Shown one piece after another: positions 38,899-47,463 of a DNA stretch of 64,000 bases. The stretch spans positions 3,072,001 through 3,136,000 of the forward strand of contig OY759353.1 of NCBI GenBank assembly GCA_963662315.1, given 5' to 3'. The stretch is from Geopsychrobacteraceae bacterium (GTDB taxonomy: Bacteria > Desulfobacterota > Desulfuromonadia > Desulfuromonadales > Geopsychrobacteraceae). How positions within the stretch are numbered: the first letter of the stretch is position 1; the number at the start of each line of letters is the position of its first letter. The notes beneath the pieces are model-generated. The model was not told the DNA's origin. It saw nothing but the letters and a program-made list of their open reading frames with translations, and did not search any database. A program made the translations under genes and the position numbers.

Positions 38899-40050
38899 AT
38901 GGAGAGAAACGTGAACTACCACCTGGATACTCAACTGGCTCAGCTGGGCAATCATAGCGACCCGCAAACCGGTGCCATAAGCTGCGCCATTACACCCAGT
39001 GCAACCTATCGTCATCCGGGGGTCGGCCAATCGACCGGTTTTGACTACAGCCGCAGCGGGAACCCGACGCGCCAGATCCTTGAACAGGGTCTGGCCGCGT
39101 TGGAAAACGGCGCCAGGGGGCTGGCTTTTACATCTGGAATGGCGGCCCTGACCACCCTGTTTCTCTATTTCAAGAGCGGCGATCACTTGATCGTCTCGCA
39201 GGATCTCTATGGTGGCACTTACCGGGTCCTCAACGGAATTTTCAAGCGCTACGGACTCAGTGCCAGCTATGTCGATGCAACCGACAGCGCTGCGGTCATT
39301 GCTGCTATCACGCCAGCCACGCGGGGGGTTTTGGTTGAATCACCGGGGAATCCGCTGCTGGGGATCGTCGACTTGGCCTCCCTGGCAGCTGAATGCCGTG
39401 AGCGTCAGCTGCTGTTTATGGTGGATAATACTTTTTTAACCCCGTTGCTGCAGCGCCCTCTTGATCTGGGTGCCGATGTGGTCATCCATTCGGCCACCAA
39501 GTTTATGGGCGGGCATAATGATTTATGTGCCGGGGTTCTGGTAGCCCGCGACGCGGGGCTTGGTGAAGAGCTATATTTTTTGCAGAACAGCACTGGTGGC
39601 GTGCTTTCACCGCAGGACAGCTGGCTGCTGATTCGTAGCCTGAAGACTTTGCCGTTGCGCCTTGAGCGCCAGTGCCAGACGGCAACCAAGCTGGCGAGCT
39701 GGCTGGCTCAGCACAGCGCGGTCCGCCAGGTCTACTTTCCTGGCCTGGAGAGTCATCCGGGACATGCTCTGGTCAAGCGTCAGGCGTCAGGTTTTGGAGC
39801 CATGCTCAGCTTCCGAGTCGATTCGCCCCAGCGGGCCCGCACCGCGTTGGAACGGATCCGCCTGATATCGTTTGCTGAAAGCTTGGGTGGGGTGGAGTCG
39901 CTGCTGACTCTGCCCGCAGTGCAGACTCACGGGGATATTCCCGAGGCTGAACGGCTTCGGCTCGGGATCGATGAATGCCTGTTGCGCTTATCGGTGGGGA
40001 TTGAGAATTGCGCTGATTTGCAGAAGGATTTGGCTCACGCTCTGTCCTGA
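38899..40050 (+). CDS. metB: PLP trans-sulfuration enzyme (cystathionine gamma-synthase/lyase)
   Basis: DYSRSGNPTR, SGMAA, YGGT, DNTF, HSATKF.GGH, ESLGGVES, LRLSVGIE; start may be the GTG at 38911. Confidence 0.8.
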   Translation: MERNVNYHLDTQLAQLGNHSDPQTGAISCAITPSATYRHPGVGQSTGFDYSRSGNPTRQILEQGLAALENGARGLAFTSGMAALTTLFLYFKSGDHLIVSQDLYGGTYRVLNGIFKRYGLSASYVDATDSAAVIAAITPATRGVLVESPGNPLLGIVDLASLAAECRERQLLFMVDNTFLTPLLQRPLDLGADVVIHSATKFMGGHNDLCAGVLVARDAGLGEELYFLQNSTGGVLSPQDSWLLIRSLKTLPLRLERQCQTATKLASWLAQHSAVRQVYFPGLESHPGHALVKRQASGFGAMLSFRVDSPQRARTALERIRLISFAESLGGVESLLTLPAVQTHGDIPEAERLRLGIDECLLRLSVGIENCADLQKDLAHALS

Positions 40051-40068
40051 CCAGCTGGCCAAGGATTT

Positions 40069-40467
40069 TCAGGCTACTTGGTACACAGCATGTGCTCTGG
40101 GTAAGGATGTTTCAAGCCGGTGTTGTTCGCGGGCTAACAGGCTGATAATCTTATGTTTCAGTGTGTGTTCATTGCTACCCAGCAACAATTTAATGCAGGC
40201 CCAGGCTAACGAGCGCTCCGGCTCATCTCCCGTGTCGGGACCAAAGGCACGTTTTCCGTCAAGAGAAACCTCTGCATGGGGTGTCAGAATATCGCCAAGT
40301 AAAAACTCATTGTCAAAAGCATCGAGCACCTGAGGCAGGCTTAACTGGCTTTTTTGTGTATTGTGAATTTCAATCGGAGTTTTTTCCAATAGCTCAAGAA
40401 GTTCACGCAGTGCTTCACGTGGCATATCGTTTATAACTGCAGTTTCCAGATGATCATATTCCTTCAT
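40069..40467 (-). CDS. Hypothetical protein, 132 aa, divergent from pstS
   Basis: AAGGAA RBS before MKEYDHL; helical sequence, no recognised family. Confidence 0.55.
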   Translation of the reverse strand: MKEYDHLETAVINDMPREALRELLELLEKTPIEIHNTQKSQLSLPQVLDAFDNEFLLGDILTPHAEVSLDGKRAFGPDTGDEPERSLAWACIKLLLGSNEHTLKHKIISLLAREQHRLETSLPRAHAVYQVA

Positions 40468-40539
40468 ATAAAATTCCTTTCTCATTATTAATCTATCGAT
40501 TCTGTTCCAGACGACTATCTTAAAACTTGGTTCAGCTTG

Positions 40540-40567
40540 CATAAGAAGACGGTTAGAAAACTGTTAA
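40540..40567 (-). promoter_or_regulatory. Pho-box-like repeat facing the hypothetical gene
   Basis: Minus strand TTAACA-GTTTT-CTAACC-GTCTT-CTTATG. Confidence 0.4.
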
Positions 40568-40615
40568 AACGATACGTGACTGAGACCGTTGCAGAAAAAT
40601 TCAGCAGGGTAAATT

Positions 40616-40643
40616 CTGACACAATCCTCACATATCCCTAACA
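40616..40643 (+). promoter_or_regulatory. Distal Pho-box-like triple repeat upstream of pstS
   Basis: CTGACA-CAATC-CTCACA-TATCC-CTAACA. Confidence 0.7.
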
Positions 40644-40727
40644 AAGGCAGGGCAAATTCTCGCCTGGTTGAGGCAAAAGCTTTGAAGCCAGGAAAATTCA
40701 GTCAAAAGCGGCTGATTTAGTGGAGTT

Positions 40728-40755
40728 CTTACATGGTGCTAACACAATCCTAACA
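40728..40755 (+). promoter_or_regulatory. Proximal Pho-box-like triple repeat upstream of pstS
   Basis: CTTACA-TGGTG-CTAACA-CAATC-CTAACA. Confidence 0.75.
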
Positions 40756-40825
40756 ATTGGTCTTCAAATTGTTAGCGCTGTAAGACGAAAAGACATTTTT
40801 GTTAACTAAAAGGAGAATTTTCATC

Positions 40826-41806
40826 ATGAAACTGCAATCTGTTGCTAAGGGATTGGCCCTCGGCTTGACCCTGTTGACTGTTACAGCAGGCTCTGTATTT
40901 GCGGCCCCGATTAAAGTTGATGTCAACCTGTCTGACTACGTAAAAGTTCAGGGTGTTGCTGGCAACCTGAGCAGCGTTGGTTCCGATACCCTTAACAATA
41001 TGATGACCTTCTGGGCTGAAGGGTTCCGTAAAAAATACCCAAATGTCAACATTCAGATCGAAGGTAAGGGGTCCAGTACTGCTCCTCCGGCGCTGATCGA
41101 AGGCACCAGCCAGCTTGGTCCTATGTCTCGGGCCATGAAGAGTAAAGAAATCCAGGCCTTCGAAGCCAAGTACGGCTTCAAACCGACCACCATTGGTGTC
41201 GCTCTTGATGCCCTGGCCGTATTTACCAGCAAGGATAACCCACTTAAGCAGCTGTCCATGACTCAGGTTGACTCGATCTTCTCCAAAACTCAGAAACGTG
41301 GTGGCGACAACGTTACGGTTTGGGGGCAACTTGGCCTGACGGGTGAATGGAGCAACAAGCCGATCAGCCTTTACGGTCGTAACTCTGCATCCGGTACCTA
41401 TGGCTTCTTTAAAGAGCACACCTTGAAAAAAGGTGATTTCAAAGATACCGTTAAGGAGCAACCAGGCAACGCGTCAGTTGTTCTTGGTGTAACCGAGGAT
41501 ACCGCTGGTATCGGTTACTCTGGTATGGGTTATGTGACTTCCGGTGTACGTGCCCTGCCACTGTCTGACAAAGATGGCGCAACCGCTTACGCTCCTAACT
41601 ACGAGAATGTTCTGAACGGCAAGTACCCACTGGGCCGCATGCTTTACATCAACGTTGTTAAAGAGCCAAACAAGCCAATGCCGGCGCTGGTAAAAGAATT
41701 CATTAAGTATGTTCTGTCAAAAGAAGGTCAGGAAGTTGTTGTTAAAGATGGTTTCCTCCCACTGCCTGCTGAAGTTGCTAAAAAGCAAGCTGCTCTGCTT
41801 GACTAG
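40826..41806 (+). CDS. pstS: Phosphate ABC transporter substrate-binding protein
   Basis: VGSDTL, GKGSSTAPPAL, MSR, GRNSASGTY, YPLGR; signal peptide; AGGAG RBS. Confidence 0.96.
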   Translation: MKLQSVAKGLALGLTLLTVTAGSVFAAPIKVDVNLSDYVKVQGVAGNLSSVGSDTLNNMMTFWAEGFRKKYPNVNIQIEGKGSSTAPPALIEGTSQLGPMSRAMKSKEIQAFEAKYGFKPTTIGVALDALAVFTSKDNPLKQLSMTQVDSIFSKTQKRGGDNVTVWGQLGLTGEWSNKPISLYGRNSASGTYGFFKEHTLKKGDFKDTVKEQPGNASVVLGVTEDTAGIGYSGMGYVTSGVRALPLSDKDGATAYAPNYENVLNGKYPLGRMLYINVVKEPNKPMPALVKEFIKYVLSKEGQEVVVKDGFLPLPAEVAKKQAALLD

Positions 41807-41845
41807 TCAGGGTGCTGGCATACGTTTGAGCGCATGCTGAACTTT

Positions 41846-41882
41846 ACAAGCCCTGCCCTTCTTAATGGGGCAGGGCTTGTTG
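41846..41882 (+). terminator. Stem-loop after pstS (partial terminator or mRNA stabiliser)
   Basis: ACAAGCCCTGCCC/GGGCAGGGCTTGT stem. Confidence 0.7.
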
Positions 41883-41909
41883 TCGTGTTAAGAGGATGTA
41901 AAAAGATTT

Positions 41910-44129
41910 ATGAATCCTGCTTTTTTAAAACGTGTTAAGCGTCAGGACGACCTGGCAAAATGGGCGATTACTGTCGGTGGCATGGCGATTATTTTCTGTG
42001 TCATCCTGATTCTGATCCTGATTGCCAAGGTCTCCTTACCTCTGTTCTATGCCCCGGATGCTGAATTGCAGAACAGTTTTACCTTAGCAGACAGGGTTGC
42101 TCCTGACCAGGTCCTCGCTGTTGGTATGGATGAGTACCGGGAAACCGGGTACATCATCGATGACCTTGGTATTGTTCATTTTTTCAATGTTCACGATGGC
42201 TCCAAGCTGGACAATGTGCAATTGAAGAGTGCCAATGGTAACAACAAGCTGGTTAGCGCAGATCGTTACGGTCGTCTTAACCAGGTGCTGTTATGGGCGG
42301 ATGGGACGACAACGATTGAACAGATCAAGTTCTTCCCCTTCTTTGATGAACACAACAATAATGAGCGCAGCATTCAGCATAAAATTGAACAGCAGGCCTC
42401 ATTTGAAGCGTCTGCTGAAATGCCGGTTCTGGTCCAGGCCCGGGTTGATGATGATGGCCGGAAAGTATTCGTTGCGGTAGCGCAGGATGGCTCTTTAAGG
42501 CTGACGATCAGCGAACAGAAGGTATCGTTCCTGGGGGCAGCAGAAGAAGTGCAGGAGAGTTATATTCTCGATAACAGCGCCACAGGTAAGGTTATCTCCC
42601 TGACGTTAAATAACAGTGGGACCAAATTGTTTGCCGGTACCGATCAAGGTGAAATACTCCATTACAATCTCGAAGATATTGAAGAACCGGTGTTGGCTGA
42701 AATGATTCAGGCCTTTGCGGACAAGCGCAGAATTACCGCCTTAAGCATGGTTTATGGCGATGTTTCCCTGGCTGTAGGTGACAGCAAAGGGGAATTGACC
42801 ACCTGGTTTGACGTTCGTGATGAAGAGCGTGGTTGGAAGCTGACCAGAATTCACAATCTTAAAGGGCATAAATCGGCCATAGAAAAGGTGGTGCCGACCC
42901 TTCATGATAAATCGATTATCAGTGCTGCAGCAAGTGGGGTCCAGATCAGCCATATGACCAGTGAACGACTGCTGGTGCGTCTGGACAAGCAACAGTTTAG
43001 GTTTTTTGCCATGTCAACGCGTGGTAATGGCCTCATCGCATTGACAGGTGATGGTAAGATTCACACCTGGAAACTCGATATTCCACACCCGGAGATCAGT
43101 TTCAAGACCCTGTTCGGCAAAGTCTGGTACGAAGGTTATCCACAGCCCGAATATGTCTGGCAGTCTTCAGCCGGATCCGATGATTATGAACCCAAATTCA
43201 GCCTGACCCCATTGATTTTCGGTACGTTGAAGGGGACCTTTTACGCCATGCTGTTTGCTTTGCCGCTGGCGATTTTCGGTGCAATCTATACCAGTCAGTT
43301 TGCCCGGCCCCGTTTTAAAGGAATCATCAAGCCGGCGGTTGAAGTCATGGCCGCTGTGCCGACCGTTATTATCGGGTTTCTTGCCGCCCTATGGTTGGCG
43401 CCACTGATTGAACGCTCTTTGGGGTCCATGTTTCTCAGCCTGATCATGGTACCCGCAGCGTTAATGGTCAGTATTGCGCTGTGGCAGGCAATGCGTAAGG
43501 TTGAAACCCTGAAACGGGTGGAGCGTGGCTATGAATTTCTGGCGATTGCACCGGTTATCATGATCGCGGTGGCGCTTGCCGTGGTCGTGGGCCCCTGGCT
43601 CGAGCAGGCCCTGTTTGCCGGCGATATGAAGCAATGGCTGTTTTCCGAGGTTGGTGTGCGTTACGATCCGCGTAACTGTATCATTATCGCTTTCGCCATG
43701 GGGTTTGCTGTTATTCCGATCATCTTCACCATAGCAGAGGATTCGCTGTCCAACGTGCCGCCAGCGTTAAAAGCCGCGTCACTGGCTTTGGGCGCCAGTC
43801 GTTGGCAAACCGTCTGGCGGGTTATTCTCCCCTCGGCCAGCCCCGGTATTTTCGCCGGCACCATGATCGGTTTTGGTCGTGCTGTTGGCGAAACCATGAT
43901 TGTGCTGATGGCGACCGGAAATACGGCCATTATGGATCTGAGTATTTTTAACGGCATGCGTCCCCTGTCAGCGAATATTGCCGTTGAAATCCCGGAAGCT
44001 CCGGTTGACGGATCGCTATACCGTATTCTGTTTTTATCTGCTGTTATCCTGTTTCTGATGACCTTTGTTGTGAACACTGTTGCAGAGATTGTGCGTCAGC
44101 GTCTGCGTGCCAAATACGGGCGCTTCTAG
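41910..44129 (+). CDS. pstC: Phosphate ABC permease PstC, long form with a large periplasmic beta-rich domain
   Basis: PLIFGTLK, IKPAVEVMAAVPTV, ASLALGASRWQT, GRAVGETMIV. Confidence 0.93.
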   Translation: MNPAFLKRVKRQDDLAKWAITVGGMAIIFCVILILILIAKVSLPLFYAPDAELQNSFTLADRVAPDQVLAVGMDEYRETGYIIDDLGIVHFFNVHDGSKLDNVQLKSANGNNKLVSADRYGRLNQVLLWADGTTTIEQIKFFPFFDEHNNNERSIQHKIEQQASFEASAEMPVLVQARVDDDGRKVFVAVAQDGSLRLTISEQKVSFLGAAEEVQESYILDNSATGKVISLTLNNSGTKLFAGTDQGEILHYNLEDIEEPVLAEMIQAFADKRRITALSMVYGDVSLAVGDSKGELTTWFDVRDEERGWKLTRIHNLKGHKSAIEKVVPTLHDKSIISAAASGVQISHMTSERLLVRLDKQQFRFFAMSTRGNGLIALTGDGKIHTWKLDIPHPEISFKTLFGKVWYEGYPQPEYVWQSSAGSDDYEPKFSLTPLIFGTLKGTFYAMLFALPLAIFGAIYTSQFARPRFKGIIKPAVEVMAAVPTVIIGFLAALWLAPLIERSLGSMFLSLIMVPAALMVSIALWQAMRKVETLKRVERGYEFLAIAPVIMIAVALAVVVGPWLEQALFAGDMKQWLFSEVGVRYDPRNCIIIAFAMGFAVIPIIFTIAEDSLSNVPPALKAASLALGASRWQTVWRVILPSASPGIFAGTMIGFGRAVGETMIVLMATGNTAIMDLSIFNGMRPLSANIAVEIPEAPVDGSLYRILFLSAVILFLMTFVVNTVAEIVRQRLRAKYGRF

Positions 44130-44134
44130 GATTT

Positions 44135-45748
44135 ATGATGAAGAAAACTAAAGAGATGAATAAATACTGGCGGGTCGGTGAGCCGATGGTGTGGTTGTCG
44201 GGAGCGGCACTGTCTATTACCCTGCTCAGTGCCATCGTTCTGCTGATCGTGATTATGGTTAATGGCCTGGGAGTTTTCTGGCCGTCAGACTTACAGCAGA
44301 TCGAACTGAAGGATGGTAAGCTTCTGGCGGGTAAACTGGTCCAGACGACCAAGACTGCCGATGAAACCGGGCTGCGGCGGCAATACAAGATTGCCAACCG
44401 GGACCTGTATGGACTTGATTTTCGCTGGGTAGACGAAGCTCAGATTGTCAAAGAGCAGCTGCCGCAGGATCTGTTTGTCCTGGAGCGGATGGAACATGGT
44501 GATTTTTACGGCTATCTGAAACAGATGACCTCTGAAAGCGGTCAGAATGTTGTGGCAACCCTTGGGAACTTCGAGAAGCTTCTGAGCAAAATTCACACCG
44601 AGCTTGAGCAGCTATTGGAGCTTGAAAATAAATTAAAAGCTGATAGTTACCGCACCGAAGCCATTCGCCTTGAGCTGCTTAAACTCGATTACAACAAGGT
44701 GTCACAGGCTGAGGCACAATATCAGGAACTGGTCAGTGAAAAAGCGAGACTGGAAAAAGAATTTTCAGAATTAATCGCGGTGCAAACCAGCCGAACCCAG
44801 AAAATTCGCCAGGCCAGAGCTCTTTTTACCGATGCCAATGGTCAGGAAAAAGAGATTGTCCTGGCTGATGTGGTGCAGATTTATGCGCCTAACCAGATGT
44901 CGTCCCTGGAAAAAATCGGTTTTTACTGTAATAAGGTCATAGAACTGTTTGTCGATGAACCACGCGAATCCAATACGGAGGGCGGCTTGTTCCCGGCGAT
45001 TTTCGGCACCGTGATGCTGATTTTCATTATGAGCCTGTTCAGCTTTCCCATGGGGGTTATTGCCGCAGTTTATTTGCGAGAATACGCCAAGGATGGTCTG
45101 CTGGTGCGCATTGTTCGTATTGCGGTTAACAATCTGGCCGGTATCCCGTCCATTGTTTACGGCATCTTCGGACTCGGTTTTTTCATCTACGGTATCGGCC
45201 ACAGTCTTGACGTTCTGTTTTTTCCGGAACGGCTTCCGACTCCAACCTTTGGTACCGGCGGGCTGCTGTGGGCGAGTCTGACCCTGGCCCTGTTGACGGT
45301 TCCGGTGGTTATTGTCTCGACAGAAGAGGCTCTGGGCGCCATTCCTGCAGAAATGCGCGCCGGATCATACGCTTTAGGAGCGACCAAGTTTCAGACCCTG
45401 GTACGGATTCTGCTGCCGATGGCTTCCCCCGGTATTCTGACCGGGCTGATTCTGGCCATGGCCCGTGCTGCCGGTGAGGTGGCACCGCTGATGATTACCG
45501 GGGTTGTCAAGTTGGCCCCGGCGCTGCCTATCGACGGTAATTTTCCGTTTGTGCATCTGGACCGTAAATTTATGCACCTTGGCTTTCATATTTACGATAT
45601 CGGCTTTCAGTCGCCGAATGTCGAGGCCGCCAAACCGATGGTGTTTGTCACCACACTGTTGCTGGTGCTGATCGTTCTGACCATGAGCAGTATCGCTATC
45701 CGCCTGCGCAACAAGATGAAGAAGCGCTACACCTTTGGTACCTTTTAA
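44135..45748 (+). CDS. pstA: Phosphate ABC permease PstA, long form
   Basis: EGGLFPAIFGT, NLAGIPSIVYG, GSYALGATKFQT, ARAAGEVAPL. Confidence 0.95.
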   Translation: MMKKTKEMNKYWRVGEPMVWLSGAALSITLLSAIVLLIVIMVNGLGVFWPSDLQQIELKDGKLLAGKLVQTTKTADETGLRRQYKIANRDLYGLDFRWVDEAQIVKEQLPQDLFVLERMEHGDFYGYLKQMTSESGQNVVATLGNFEKLLSKIHTELEQLLELENKLKADSYRTEAIRLELLKLDYNKVSQAEAQYQELVSEKARLEKEFSELIAVQTSRTQKIRQARALFTDANGQEKEIVLADVVQIYAPNQMSSLEKIGFYCNKVIELFVDEPRESNTEGGLFPAIFGTVMLIFIMSLFSFPMGVIAAVYLREYAKDGLLVRIVRIAVNNLAGIPSIVYGIFGLGFFIYGIGHSLDVLFFPERLPTPTFGTGGLLWASLTLALLTVPVVIVSTEEALGAIPAEMRAGSYALGATKFQTLVRILLPMASPGILTGLILAMARAAGEVAPLMITGVVKLAPALPIDGNFPFVHLDRKFMHLGFHIYDIGFQSPNVEAAKPMVFVTTLLLVLIVLTMSSIAIRLRNKMKKRYTFGTF

Positions 45749-45829
45749 AATCTGAACATGTTGAAATTGTTTAAAGATTGGATTTAATCGTTAGATTAAG
45801 GCGATTTGGATATAGGAGAACGTTGAAAT

Positions 45830-46606
45830 ATGAGTGAAGTGAAGATCGAAAAGCCCATCGTCGAGGTCAATAACCTGCGGTTTTTCTATCCAGGAGATGC
45901 CCGGGCACTGCACGGCATCGATATCAGTTTTGCGGAAAAGCAGGTCACCGCTCTGATCGGACCGTCGGGTTGCGGTAAGAGCACGCTGCTGCGCTGTTTT
46001 AATCGGATGAATGATCTGATCGACGGCAGTCGGGTGGAAGGGGAAATCCTGCTTGATGGGCAGAATATTTATGATCGCAATACCGATATCATCGAACTGC
46101 GGCGCCGGGTCGGGATGGTCTTTCAGAAATCCAACCCCTTTCCCAAGTCGATCTATGAGAATGTTATTTACGGCCTGCGCATTGCCGGTGAAAATGCCAA
46201 GGAATTGCTGGATGAGCGGGTTGAGAGCAGTCTTAGAGGGGCCGCCCTGTGGGATGAAGTCAAGGACCGCCTGAATGAAAGTGCCCTCGGCTTATCGGGT
46301 GGCCAGATGCAGCGTTTATGTATTGCGCGGGCGATTGCCGTTAATCCGCGGGTTATTCTGATGGATGAACCTTGTAGTGCCCTGGACCCTAAATCGACGG
46401 CCCGGGTTGAGGAGTTGATTGGGGAACTGCGTGAGAACTTCACCATTATCATTGTGACGCACAATATGCAGCAGGCCGCCCGGGTCTCAGATTATACGGC
46501 CTTTCTGTTTGAAGGAAACCTTATTGAATACGGTCTGACCGAGCAGCTTTTTGTGAAGCCGCGTAATAAGCAGACTGAAGATTATATTACCGGTCGTTTC
46601 GGTTAG
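45830..46606 (+). CDS. pstB: Phosphate ABC ATPase PstB
   Basis: [38 protein letters not shown]. Confidence 0.97.
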   Translation: MSEVKIEKPIVEVNNLRFFYPGDARALHGIDISFAEKQVTALIGPSGCGKSTLLRCFNRMNDLIDGSRVEGEILLDGQNIYDRNTDIIELRRRVGMVFQKSNPFPKSIYENVIYGLRIAGENAKELLDERVESSLRGAALWDEVKDRLNESALGLSGGQMQRLCIARAIAVNPRVILMDEPCSALDPKSTARVEELIGELRENFTIIIVTHNMQQAARVSDYTAFLFEGNLIEYGLTEQLFVKPRNKQTEDYITGRFG

Positions 46607-46621
46607 AAAGGATAGAAAACC

Positions 46622-47284
46622 ATGGCTGTTTTGATTCAGTCTGATCTGGAAAATTTAAAAAGGCGCCTGCTGATTCTCAGTGCCGAGGTCGAGGAGCGTG
46701 TACAGCATGCGGTTCTCGCCCTGCTAAATGATGATGATGAACTGGCGACCAAAGTCAAAGGTGGTGATAACCGCATTGACAATCTGGAAATCGAGCTTGA
46801 AGAAGAGTGTCTTAAAGTGCTGGCTCTGCATCAACCGGTTGCCAATGATCTGCGTTTTATCGTCTCGGTGCTGAAAATCAACAATGACCTTGAGCGGGTG
46901 GCTGATTTTGCTGTCAACCTGGCTGAGCGAGCCCTTGATCTGAATCGTTTGACCACCGGTGAATGCCCCTATGATATTAAAACCATGGCCAACCGGGTTA
47001 AGGTGATGCTGCGTTCGGCCCTCGACTCACTGATGAATCAGGACTCTTTTCTGGCGCGCACGACCATCAAAATGGATGACGAAGTTGACCGTACCCATAG
47101 TACCAACTATGAAAAAGTTAAAGAAGTCATCCTTGCTGAGCCACACCGGCTTGATGAGCTGGTCTTATATCTGTCCATTTCTCGCTACCTGGAACGGATG
47201 GCCGACCTGGCAACCAATATTGCCGAAGATGTGGTCTATCAGATTGAAGGGGAAATTATCCGCCACGGAGGGATGCAAATCTGA
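46622..47284 (+). CDS. phoU: Phosphate signalling protein PhoU
   Basis: ALHQPVANDLR, DLERVAD, DDEVD, LERMADLATNIAE. Confidence 0.96.
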   Translation: MAVLIQSDLENLKRRLLILSAEVEERVQHAVLALLNDDDELATKVKGGDNRIDNLEIELEEECLKVLALHQPVANDLRFIVSVLKINNDLERVADFAVNLAERALDLNRLTTGECPYDIKTMANRVKVMLRSALDSLMNQDSFLARTTIKMDDEVDRTHSTNYEKVKEVILAEPHRLDELVLYLSISRYLERMADLATNIAEDVVYQIEGEIIRHGGMQI

Positions 47285-47322
47285 TCTTTATACTGATAGT
47301 CGTGGCCTGATTCTGATTGATT

Positions 47323-47357
47323 AAATGCCTTGGGAATTCTTTTCCAAGGCATTTTTT
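47323..47357 (+). terminator. Intrinsic terminator after phoU
   Basis: AAATGCCTTGG/CCAAGGCATTT stem plus T-tract. Confidence 0.8.
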
Positions 47358-47395
47358 CATTAATAAATAGCCCATGGGTTAATTGTAAGTTTTCA

Positions 47396-47412
47396 CTAAT
47401 ATTATCCTAACA
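47396..47412 (+). promoter_or_regulatory. Pho-box-like repeat upstream of the chemoreceptor
   Basis: CTAATA-TTATC-CTAACA followed by a TATAGT -10-like hexamer. Confidence 0.6.
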
Positions 47413-47463
47413 ATCTTGACTATAGTGATCCTGGCATAAAAATAATTGTTTTGGAGAATAGTC

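Noticed and set aside
41910..45748. Unusually long PstC and PstA
   Set aside because: Long forms with extra periplasmic domains are already known in other Gram-negative bacteria such as Pseudomonas and Vibrio
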